A DNA stretch of 64,000 nucleotides from IMG/VR virus record IMGVR_UViG_3300031576_000464, positions 4,811-68,810 of that record. The stretch is one strand, 5' to 3'. The stretch is from a virus (Duplodnaviria > Caudoviricetes). The notes under the pieces are model-generated. The model was not told the origin of the DNA. It made no database searches and worked only from the letters and a program-made list of their open reading frames with translations. Each line of letters starts with the position of its first letter. The first letter of the stretch is position 1. Position numbers and translations under genes: made by a program. Shown here in pieces: positions 9,307 to 17,971 of this stretch.

Positions 9307-9942
9307 AATATTACTGTCCTGTCTGTAAATCAGATTATTGTTTTGATGGAAGCACAGAAGAAACAATAAAGAACGATGTAAAACAACATGAAACCCATAG
9401 CAGTATGCATTTATCAATGTTGAAGGAGATCAATAATTTAGAATGACTAGACTCTGCTGGACATGCAACAAGCCAGTCTGCAAGTGGTATCTATTACACC
9501 GATTAAATGACATCATACATCGCAGACCAAAGATAGAAAGATACCCAGACAATACTCCGAAAACGTATGAGGATAAGAGTGATACACAATGATAGAGTTA
9601 GATTCAGAGAAGGAAAAACGATTTATTGCCTTTCGTAGATTTTTGAAAGCAAAGAATGTAAGAGAAGCAAAAATTGAATTGAAAGACGGAACTATTTTAT
9701 CATACAAGAGTGAGGTAGAGTCAGGGAGTACAGCTTTAGGGTGACAATGTTAGAATTGAGTGAACAAGATAGAAAATTTTTAGATGTTCTGAATAGACAC
9801 CCAGACTCAAGTGTAATTCCAATGTGTAATAAATGTCTAATTCCAGCAGAGTATGATAAAGAAGAATGGTTATATCGTTGTCCAAAGTGCAAAGCAGAGG
9901 GTTGTCTTGTAGGATGATTAATACTTTAGTGAGGAAATGTAA

Positions 9943-10182
9943 ATGAAATTAAAAATTAAACCAAACGCTGATAATAATTGTTTAGAACTTACAATGTATG
10001 ATAAGAGGAGTGAATCTAATATATCACTCACATTGTTTCAAATATCGGAATTATTTGATTATTTAAAACAAGAAAGAATAAAAAATATAATAGTATTATC
10101 AGATTATGGAGAAGAAGAAACCATATATGGTTTGGGAATAGACCAAATCACCAAACAATACATTCGGGGGAATAAGTCTTGA
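9943..10182 (+). CDS. Hypothetical protein
   Basis: ORF track; GAGG-like element upstream. Confidence 0.5.
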   Translation: MKLKIKPNADNNCLELTMYDKRSESNISLTLFQISELFDYLKQERIKNIIVLSDYGEEETIYGLGIDQITKQYIRGNKS

Positions 10183-10961
10183 CAAAACTATATAACTGTG
10201 ATTTTAATGGTAAGGGAAAACTGTGTTATATAGCAGATAATAAAAAAGAACTCATTTGGCATTATTTTAATAAACATATATCAACAGTGAACATTCACAA
10301 ATCAGGGGAAAAACAAAAGAGATGAAGTGTAAATGAGAGTAAAAGTACAAAGAATGTTTCCTAATTGTCAAAAGTACAAAAAATGTTGTTCTGAAAACTG
10401 GAAAAAGGAATTAGAAAATATAAAGGACATTCCTACCCCCATAATTATAGAAAAACATGACACAGAAAATGTTAAAGAGTATAATAAAACGAATAAAAGA
10501 GAGGAGGATTTTGAAAGTGGAATCTGATTTATGTGATGCCGAGATTCTATTAAAAACCATGTGTCATCATTGTGATGAAGCGAGAAATGAGGAAGATATG
10601 GGAGAACCATGTGATTGTTGTGGAAAATCAGTCTGCTGTTATTGTAGAGAAAGGTGGAATAGCACATGAAATATGGAGAAATAATATTTATAGTGATATT
10701 TGCAGGAACATCACTTTTATTATTATGGTTGATAAAGAAACCAATATTATGGTTATGTGATAAGGTTTATAAATGGATGGAAAAGAAATATGGTGTGAGT
10801 TTAAAAGATGAGTAAAATTGCAAAAATGAAAAAGGAACTACATATGAAGGAGATGGCTATGAAGAACCTAATTAAAAAGGGGTGGGTATTACGACAAGAG
10901 ATAATACAATTAAAGCATACCATAGAAGTATTACAGGCTAGTCCCATGATGCCAATAAGAA

Positions 10962-11375
10962 GTGATAATAATGAAAGTAACTTATAGTAGCACAGAGTGT
11001 TCTTGTGGATATAAAAACAATCCACATAATAACATAACATGTAATTACTGTGGGATTCATTTACAGAAAATAGAATATGGAGATTCAGATGCGGTAATAG
11101 ATGAAAATTATAAAGAAATAGGAAAAATAATGACAACACATCATATTAATGTAAAGACCTTAATAGAAACTGGAGAGGGAGAATTATTTTGTAAGTTGGA
11201 AAATCCAATGACAGATAATAAATGGGAAATGTTTGTAGAAATATATGATAAAACTGGATATTTTATATTTACTGTTACAGATGGAGAAGTAGGAAACGGA
11301 TTACACATATTTTGGTTTATAAATGACGCTGGAATGAAAAAGAAGTATGAAATGTTAAAATCAAGATTCACATGA
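10962..11375 (+). CDS. Zinc-finger (CNYCG family) protein
   Basis: CSCGYKNNPHNNITCNYCG. Confidence 0.7.
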   Translation: MIIMKVTYSSTECSCGYKNNPHNNITCNYCGIHLQKIEYGDSDAVIDENYKEIGKIMTTHHINVKTLIETGEGELFCKLENPMTDNKWEMFVEIYDKTGYFIFTVTDGEVGNGLHIFWFINDAGMKKKYEMLKSRFT

Positions 11376-11457
11376 CAATAACAATAGTAAAGAGTAAAGT
11401 TAAATGTGAAAAGTGTAAGAAGGATGTTTTTAATGTTGAGGGTAAAGATGTACGTAA

Positions 11458-11886
11458 ATGGTGTTGGTGTACTCTAACATGAATTGTAATGCGTGTGGAT
11501 ATGAGGGAACACCAGATAAGATTAAGAAGTGTAACTACTGTGGGTTATTAATAAGACCAAAAACTGAAATACACGAACCAATAGAACTTCCAGACTATGA
11601 AGATAAAGACCATAAGAAACTCGTACATATATTACACTCTTTTGGGTGGAAAATATTTAGAATAAATCAAAATTCAACATCGAACGAAATATGTATATGT
11701 GCTGAAACAGAAGAACACAGAGATAATATGTGGGATAGCCTGTGTTCCATACATGCTATGACAGGATATTTAATTTCTGCAATAGAAATGAAGACTGAAG
11801 ATGGTAAAATGAAAGTATGGTTTATGAACAAAGAATCTATTATAACTAGATTTAAAAGTAGTATTGAGGGTAAAAGAGCACTATGA
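11458..11886 (+). CDS. Zinc-finger (CNYCG family) protein
   Basis: CNACGYEGTPDKIKKCNYCG. Confidence 0.7.
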   Translation: MVLVYSNMNCNACGYEGTPDKIKKCNYCGLLIRPKTEIHEPIELPDYEDKDHKKLVHILHSFGWKIFRINQNSTSNEICICAETEEHRDNMWDSLCSIHAMTGYLISAIEMKTEDGKMKVWFMNKESIITRFKSSIEGKRAL

Positions 11887-12074
11887 AATTAATAAGATGT
11901 TTGAATTGTAGCTTCTCCCACACGGGAGTTTGGGGAGATAAAGAGTTATGGGAACACCAAAAGTTTGAAGAAGAAACAAATGGTAAAAATTGGATGGGGT
12001 TTGCAGAGGACAAGGATGTTGTTAATATGAGAGATAATATGAGAAGGGCAGGAATAGATGTCACAGAAGATTGA
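11883..12074 (+). CDS. Small Cys/His protein
   Basis: CLNC...H; ATGA overlap. Confidence 0.5.
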   Translation: MKLIRCLNCSFSHTGVWGDKELWEHQKFEEETNGKNWMGFAEDKDVVNMRDNMRRAGIDVTED

Positions 12075-12375
12075 CATATGTGTATGTGGATATAAGGGAA
12101 CACCCAATCATATTAAAAATTGTAATTACTGTGGAAAACCAATTAAAAAAGAAAAAGTCAGGAGAGTAAAAAGAAAAGGAAAACAATCACAAATGGAATT
12201 ATTACATGAATTGGAATCATATTTTACAAAACAAATACCAAAAGTAATAGATACAAGACAATCAGAAGAACAAGGAGATGGTAGTTTCTGTTTAGTATTC
12301 AAAACAGATAAGCTGAGAAAAAACTCATTTAATTTTACAGTTGAAACAACTAATATTTATAAAGATTTGGGTTAG
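12058..12375 (+). CDS. Zinc-finger (CNYCG family) protein
   Basis: CVCGYKGTPNHIKNCNYCG. Confidence 0.7.
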   Translation: MSQKIDICVCGYKGTPNHIKNCNYCGKPIKKEKVRRVKRKGKQSQMELLHELESYFTKQIPKVIDTRQSEEQGDGSFCLVFKTDKLRKNSFNFTVETTNIYKDLG

Positions 12376-12421
12376 AAGTTGTGTGTCTTGGTTGTGAGTA
12401 TGTAATATTAGGAAAAAAGGG

Positions 12422-12769
12422 ATGGTGTGTATAATGACAGTATGTACAAAGTGTGGATATAGAAATACCCCCGACAAGATTGAAATGTGTAACTACTGTG
12501 GAAAGAATTTTGATGTGGGGGAAGAAGGATTAGTTGTAACCAATGACAAAGTAGTTAATATATTAAAAAAGTATGGTCATAAAGTTGTCAAGGTTATAGG
12601 TGACGAGGGTGATGGTTACTATTATATAGAATTAGATAGAACAACATATAATGGTTATATGGAAGATTTTACTGTTGAGATGTCAGAGATTGAAAGCCAG
12701 TCTGGATATAGATTGCATGGAATAGACGTTAATTCAGGTAAGGATATTAAAATATGGCTAAAGAAATAA
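12422..12769 (+). CDS. Zinc-finger (CNYCG family) protein
   Basis: CTKCGYRNTPDKIEMCNYCG. Confidence 0.7.
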   Translation: MVCIMTVCTKCGYRNTPDKIEMCNYCGKNFDVGEEGLVVTNDKVVNILKKYGHKVVKVIGDEGDGYYYIELDRTTYNGYMEDFTVEMSEIESQSGYRLHGIDVNSGKDIKIWLKK

Positions 12770-13107
12770 TGGAAATAAATGATAGAAGAACAGAGTGTTC
12801 TTGTGGATATAAAAACACACCAAACCATATATCACGATGTAACTATTGTGGGTTGGCTTTATTAAGTATAATTAATAATTCAATGAGAGATTTAGACATT
12901 GCACTATCAAGTATAGGAATAGACGTGTTTGGTTCTGGAGTACATGTAGAAGAATTACCAGATAACACCATAGTAGTAGAAATAAGTGATGTATATTCTG
13001 GATTTATTCCGAAAATAAGTAAATATTTTAAAATATTACATGCGGGAAGCAGTATAACTTTAGGTTATAGAAAGTTAATATTAAAACACCTACCTCTTAA
13101 TACATGA
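12754..13107 (+). CDS. Zinc-finger (CNYCG family) protein
   Basis: CSCGYKNTPNHISRCNYCG. Confidence 0.7.
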   Translation: MAKEIMEINDRRTECSCGYKNTPNHISRCNYCGLALLSIINNSMRDLDIALSSIGIDVFGSGVHVEELPDNTIVVEISDVYSGFIPKISKYFKILHAGSSITLGYRKLILKHLPLNT

Positions 13108-13432
13108 ATTCTATCCAGAATCTTAGGTCTATAATGGCATGTTCTTCCTCTACATCTAAATCCATTGGGAATAATACATGGTGAAGTATTTCATGCTCTA
13201 TTGTAGTAAGAAGGTAGTCTGGAGTGACACAATGAGGGAGATATATTATTATCTTCTTAGCGTATGGTAAATGCCTTCCCAATACAGCATCATCTATATC
13301 CTTATCTGTAAGGTTAAAACTAAATTCGAACTCATTTATTTTTTTTTCGCCAGATACTAACTTTTTCTTTGAACTTTTTCTTTGAATTTGCCTTTGAGTT
13401 TTACCCCTATTTTTTCTTCTATTTTTAGTCAT
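13097..13432 (-). CDS. Putative zincin-like metallopeptidase with basic N-terminal tail
   Basis: IEHEILHH (HEXXH) plus downstream EEEH; Lys/Arg-rich N-terminus. Confidence 0.55.
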   Translation of the reverse strand: MTKNRRKNRGKTQRQIQRKSSKKKLVSGEKKINEFEFSFNLTDKDIDDAVLGRHLPYAKKIIIYLPHCVTPDYLLTTIEHEILHHVLFPMDLDVEEEHAIIDLRFWIEFMY

Positions 13433-13509
13433 ATTTTCTTTATAATTTTCACTATATTATAGATTATCTAGAAATACATATATATGGCACGACATTTATA
13501 AAGTGTATT

Positions 13510-13734
13510 ATGCCTGAACCCACACCAGATGATGTTAGATTAAAGGAAATTAATGAGGCGTTTGATAGCGTAGATAAGGTCTTTGTTGATGAGATAAACA
13601 AGCGTAAACTATCGTTTATGGAGATAGAGGTAATACTTCTATATATGAGGAAGAAAATAGATACAGAGGAGTGGATGGGATATATATCACATAAATCAGA
13701 TGAATCCGCCACGAGTAGCGGGTTATACTCCTAA
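13510..13734 (+). CDS. Hypothetical protein
   Basis: ORF track; TTTATAAA just upstream. Confidence 0.5.
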   Translation: MPEPTPDDVRLKEINEAFDSVDKVFVDEINKRKLSFMEIEVILLYMRKKIDTEEWMGYISHKSDESATSSGLYS

Positions 13735-14106
13735 TTCCCTCTTCACTTCATATATACTACCATCTGTAACCATATCTTTAAACATGAATGGACAATCTAT
13801 TTCATGAAGGTCTAAAACACGTACACCACTCCATTCTAGTAGGCGTCTCTGGTTTCTATCCATCTTTGTTAGGTATGTATGTGTCCTATGTCTTTCATCT
13901 TGTACTCTCACAGCAACCTTATCTGTACCATTAATAATGACTATATCTATGGTTTCTTTTTCTTGTCGTGATGACAGTCCTACGGCATACTTCTCCGTTA
14001 ATAGTTTTTTTAGGGGATATTGTATGAAATATTTGGCATTTTCTCCATATATTTTCCTTAAAATTTGTAGTGCAGCTCTCTCCCCACGGCCTATAATAGA
14101 AGCCAT
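13723..14106 (-). CDS. PD-(D/E)xK / Vsr-DUF559-like endonuclease
   Basis: IDIVI...AVRVQDERH...D..Q..LL...G.RVLDL pattern. Confidence 0.6.
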   Translation of the reverse strand: MASIIGRGERAALQILRKIYGENAKYFIQYPLKKLLTEKYAVGLSSRQEKETIDIVIINGTDKVAVRVQDERHRTHTYLTKMDRNQRRLLEWSGVRVLDLHEIDCPFMFKDMVTDGSIYEVKRELGV

Positions 14107-14282
14107 GAGAACAATTATATACTACCATTATTTATATCTTTACTATGGATTATGACAACCTTAGTTTGAAAGAATTAGAGGGGTTGAGGGAAACAATTTC
14201 AAGACAAAAGAAGGTAACAATATCAACCCTCTCAGAACTACTTGATAGAGAAAATCATGTCATGGATGCCATAATGAAAAAG

Positions 14283-14606
14283 TCAAACACTGTTCAATAC
14301 AACGTGAAATAATCTTTCTAGTTTCTTCTTATCTTTAAACCTCTTCAGTTTTTCTACCAGGTAATGATGTGGATGACATAGTAAGAAATATTGGTTTGGT
14401 TTCTTCCTCACCATGACGACTATATATTCTTGATAGTCTAGTGGATTTGGAAAGTCTCTATATGTTTTTTCTCCCTTTGTATAATCCCTATGATGGAAGG
14501 CAAATCCCTTACCAAATGGCAGGTGACATATAAAACACTCGGAGTTAAATAATTTGGCCGTATTCTTTTTTAACTCATATACATTTTCTTTTCTTGTATC
14601 TACCAC
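14283..14606 (-). CDS. HNH-like endonuclease
   Basis: CFIC...FHHRDY...LLCHPHH. Confidence 0.55.
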   Translation of the reverse strand: MVDTRKENVYELKKNTAKLFNSECFICHLPFGKGFAFHHRDYTKGEKTYRDFPNPLDYQEYIVVMVRKKPNQYFLLCHPHHYLVEKLKRFKDKKKLERLFHVVLNSV

Positions 14607-14624
14607 AGATACATATATATATAG

Positions 14625-14966
14625 TTACTTTTTAAGTCTTTCGTTAATATATCTTATCATTTCATCGTTGTCGCATTTAAACTCTTGTGGTTTTATACAC
14701 ATTATTTTCTTCCATGTAGGATTAACGTGTACCACAGTAACTCCCCACGCCAGGGCCATAATAGTCATTCTTACATCAGATGTAACCAGACCATAGTTTT
14801 CTTCAGAACAATATTGTATTATGTAATAGTCAGACGTTGATGGTTTGAATAAACGAGATGTATTTATGCAGTTTGGTATATCTCCAATCTTGACATTACA
14901 TATACGCATGTTTTCATCTACAATATACCCCCTAAGTTTTTTGGATTTCTTCTTGAAGATATTCAC
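14625..14966 (-). CDS. Hypothetical protein
   Basis: ORF track; operonic. Confidence 0.5.
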   Translation of the reverse strand: MNIFKKKSKKLRGYIVDENMRICNVKIGDIPNCINTSRLFKPSTSDYYIIQYCSEENYGLVTSDVRMTIMALAWGVTVVHVNPTWKKIMCIKPQEFKCDNDEMIRYINERLKK

Positions 14967-15495
14967 GCCTTCTTAAAACTCCTAACGCATCAGTTAAACT
15001 ATATACCCTTATTATGCCTTTACCTTCTACTCCCTGGTTCCATGGTTGGTTGTACAATATACAGGTCTTTCCCATTTCCACTATGGCCTTTGCATTCTCC
15101 GGGGAGTCATCTATATACACATCATATTTTAATTTTTCTTTTTCACGACTCTGTATAATCTTACAATCTATATTATAATTCGATAACCATTTTTTTACTA
15201 TTGGTATAAATTGTACATGAACCGCTGTGACTATATCAACACGTCCAATGAGTTTCATGGCCTCTACAGTATGAAATTGGTTCTTCTCCATTGGTTTCAA
15301 TCCTCTCCAGTCTGACCAACAAAGTTCGAATATGTCCAATACCTGTTCATTGGTTAGTCCAACAATATCTCCAAACCTCCAATGGTCTATGTCTTTATAT
15401 TGTAAATTCTTTCCATACTTTTCATTATATTTCTTTAACCATAATTCAACTGTGTTTCCAATTACACCATCAAAATCAAGGCTGATTCTAACCAA
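14932..15495 (-). CDS. HAD-family 5'(3')-deoxyribonucleotidase (NT5C-like)
   Basis: DFDGV motif I, YIDDSPEN motif IV, LYNQPWN. Confidence 0.85.
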   Translation of the reverse strand: MVRISLDFDGVIGNTVELWLKKYNEKYGKNLQYKDIDHWRFGDIVGLTNEQVLDIFELCWSDWRGLKPMEKNQFHTVEAMKLIGRVDIVTAVHVQFIPIVKKWLSNYNIDCKIIQSREKEKLKYDVYIDDSPENAKAIVEMGKTCILYNQPWNQGVEGKGIIRVYSLTDALGVLRRREYLQEEIQKT

Positions 15496-15709
15496 TTATT
15501 CTCTCCGTTAGTCTATGTGTATACTTGCTGAATATATAAAATGGAAAGGCAGATATAGTATTTACTATCCATGCAGTCTGTGTCCATATAATGTATTGTT
15601 CAATAGAATAGTTCACAACCAAAAACAAATAAGGAGTAAGTATAGAATACCAGAACACGTTAGATATAAGACTAAATAATAAAATTATTTTAATTTCTTT
15701 ACCGTTCAT
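15488..15709 (-). CDS. Small membrane protein
   Basis: Two hydrophobic segments. Confidence 0.5.
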   Translation of the reverse strand: MNGKEIKIILLFSLISNVFWYSILTPYLFLVVNYSIEQYIIWTQTAWIVNTISAFPFYIFSKYTHRLTERIIG

Positions 15710-16059
15710 TTTTCATCCACAGGGAGGTCATACCATCCCAACTCTCTCATAACACCAACAATACCGTAACCTGCAACATCTCCCCAAGTATCCATAACAG
15801 TCTCTTCTCCTAAATCTGTACCCTTAAATAAATGTTGTTCTAATCTCATTATTTTATCCCAAAGACGCATAAACACTCCCTGACCACCAAATCTTTGTAT
15901 ATTATCCTTACCATACTTATGATTCTTTGAAGTTACTAAAAGACTCAGAGCATTAGAAACTATTCTTGATGCTTCTAAAAAGTTTACTGGTTTACTTCCA
16001 AAATCTTTCTGTGCAATCCTTAATGCTGTGGGAAAATCTTTACAATCTATGATAGTCAT
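15706..16059 (-). CDS. DUF1599 / nucleotide-modification-associated domain (MazG-like helical fold)
   Basis: KNHKYG.DNI..FG..G...RLWDK..RL...DTW.D...Y motif. Confidence 0.75.
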   Translation of the reverse strand: MTIIDCKDFPTALRIAQKDFGSKPVNFLEASRIVSNALSLLVTSKNHKYGKDNIQRFGGQGVFMRLWDKIMRLEQHLFKGTDLGEETVMDTWGDVAGYGIVGVMRELGWYDLPVDEK

Positions 16060-16433
16060 AGTTCTGGTAGTTCTTCAATAATTTCAAGTGCTTCATTTGT
16101 TATAGTTGTCCATCTTTTTGGATGCTCTGTCATCTCAGTTACTACTGTGTCTATACCGACATTATATATATGTTCGTCTGGAACTTTTTTTCTAGAGTCA
16201 TCTATACGTTTATAATTATAAAAGTACTTCTCTCCATTCTTACATTGGTGATAGTAGTAAGACTCTCTTTCTTCTGGACGGTTTGCATCTTCATCACCGG
16301 TAAACTCTGCTAACGTTCTTATCTTAGTAAGAAGCAGAACATCTTTATTTGTATCTAGAGGTACTTTATGCTTAACGAATTTTGGCTTATCAATTGTTCC
16401 AAGGTTTTCTGTTTTTATTTGTATTGATTTCAT
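16056..16433 (-). CDS. Hypothetical protein
   Basis: ORF track; ATGA overlap. Confidence 0.6.
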   Translation of the reverse strand: MKSIQIKTENLGTIDKPKFVKHKVPLDTNKDVLLLTKIRTLAEFTGDEDANRPEERESYYYHQCKNGEKYFYNYKRIDDSRKKVPDEHIYNVGIDTVVTEMTEHPKRWTTITNEALEIIEELPEL

Positions 16434-16457
16434 GTCTTTATTTAATTAATGCTATAT

Positions 16458-17453
16458 TTATTTCTTTTCTTTTGGGTCTGATACCCCAGCTACGTCTAAG
16501 ATATATTCTTTATCTTCTATTCCGTCTTTGGGAGAGTCTACCATTCTCATAAATCTTTTACTTCCACGCTTCACTAGATATATTCTATAAGTTGAGGCAT
16601 GACCTACAACATTTCCTCCTATAGGTTTAATTGGGTCCATATGAAACTGTGATGCTGTTGGGTCTGACTGTACTTGGTTTGTCATTATAACTGCACACCT
16701 AAAAAAGTATGATACATTCTTAAGATGTTCCATGAATCTAGATAAGTTATTTTGTCTTACTGATAATGTTCCCCTCCCCAGGTATTCTGCCCTAAACTGT
16801 CCTATGGAACCGTCAACTACTATGAGTTTGAACTTCTTCTCTAACATGAGTGGTGTAAGATTATCTAGTGTATTAATTAGTTCATCTGTATTAGGTGCAT
16901 GTATGTATGTAATCTTGTGGAAATATTTTGCTTTTCCCTCCTCTTTATCTTTAACATACCCACGAGATATGGCTATCTCTAATATTCTCTCAGGGCGGAA
17001 TGTATCCTCACAGTCCAACCATAGAACATTAAAGTCATGTTTTTCTATGGCTTCTATTGCCGCAACATTACACATCTGTGTCTTTCCGCTTCCATATTCA
17101 CCATATAATTCTGTTACAGCTTCTAATTCGAATCCACCCTTTAGTATGTAGTCTATATTAATAGACATTGTGGGTATCTTAATTAGAGTCTCCCTAAAAT
17201 CATACATATCCATAGTGTCCATCTGTTTTGGGCGGCATAGTTTCATTTCTTCTAATCTCTTCCACGCCAATGTCACTATATCTCTTGCGTCTGGTTGTGA
17301 TATGCCAGATATTTCATTAAGTTCCATTGAGCCTCTTATACATATGTCAAATATAGTTGTTACACCTGCAGAGTTTAGTTTTTTTATTGATACTTCCCCC
17401 ACACCTGGAAGGTCTGTTATTCCAAATTCACCATCAGTTCTTTTTTTATTCAT
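16458..17453 (-). CDS. radA: Archaeal RadA/Rad51-family recombinase
   Basis: N-terminal HhH (LPGVG), Walker A GEYGSGKTQ, LIVVDG..FR.EY.GRG.L..RQ, TNQV, PIGG..VGH.STYR. Confidence 0.95.
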   Translation of the reverse strand: MNKKRTDGEFGITDLPGVGEVSIKKLNSAGVTTIFDICIRGSMELNEISGISQPDARDIVTLAWKRLEEMKLCRPKQMDTMDMYDFRETLIKIPTMSINIDYILKGGFELEAVTELYGEYGSGKTQMCNVAAIEAIEKHDFNVLWLDCEDTFRPERILEIAISRGYVKDKEEGKAKYFHKITYIHAPNTDELINTLDNLTPLMLEKKFKLIVVDGSIGQFRAEYLGRGTLSVRQNNLSRFMEHLKNVSYFFRCAVIMTNQVQSDPTASQFHMDPIKPIGGNVVGHASTYRIYLVKRGSKRFMRMVDSPKDGIEDKEYILDVAGVSDPKEKK

Positions 17454-17692
17454 GATATATTCTCCACATTATTACATACATTACATGATATTGTAATGCT
17501 TTCTCCATATCCACAGGAGTCACATCCACCCCTATTTGCGTACAACATTACACTGGTAGATTTACATTGTTTACACAACAACTTAAATCCATTATTTTTT
17601 TGTAACATCATTCTAAATTCACGGCACACTTATAACATATTGGACGCTGTATAAAGGTTTCGGTTGTAACTAACCTATCACACCTTGAACAT

Positions 17693-17971
17693 TTAAGTCT
17701 CATTTCTTTTCTTCTCCTCAATCATCCTAACTATACAATCAGGACACGGTATATATCCGTTTTCAATTTTTTCTGCATACTCATCTCCTATTTTGTCATT
17801 AAGACTAGGTATCCATGCATCATGAAACCATATAATACAACATATAGGAAATTTACATATTAATCCCTGGTAGAACCAATCATGAACTTCCCATCCATTA
17901 TTTAAATCAGAAGTGTCCTCCTCACATACTGGACACCATCCTTCTGGTAAATCGTCTAACTCAGTCTCCAT
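17693..17971 (-). CDS. Cys-rich protein (probable start ATG 17971)
   Basis: CPVC, CKFPICC, CPDC; start overlaps MCM stop region. Confidence 0.5.
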   Translation of the reverse strand: METELDDLPEGWCPVCEEDTSDLNNGWEVHDWFYQGLICKFPICCIIWFHDAWIPSLNDKIGDEYAEKIENGYIPCPDCIVRMIEEKKRNET

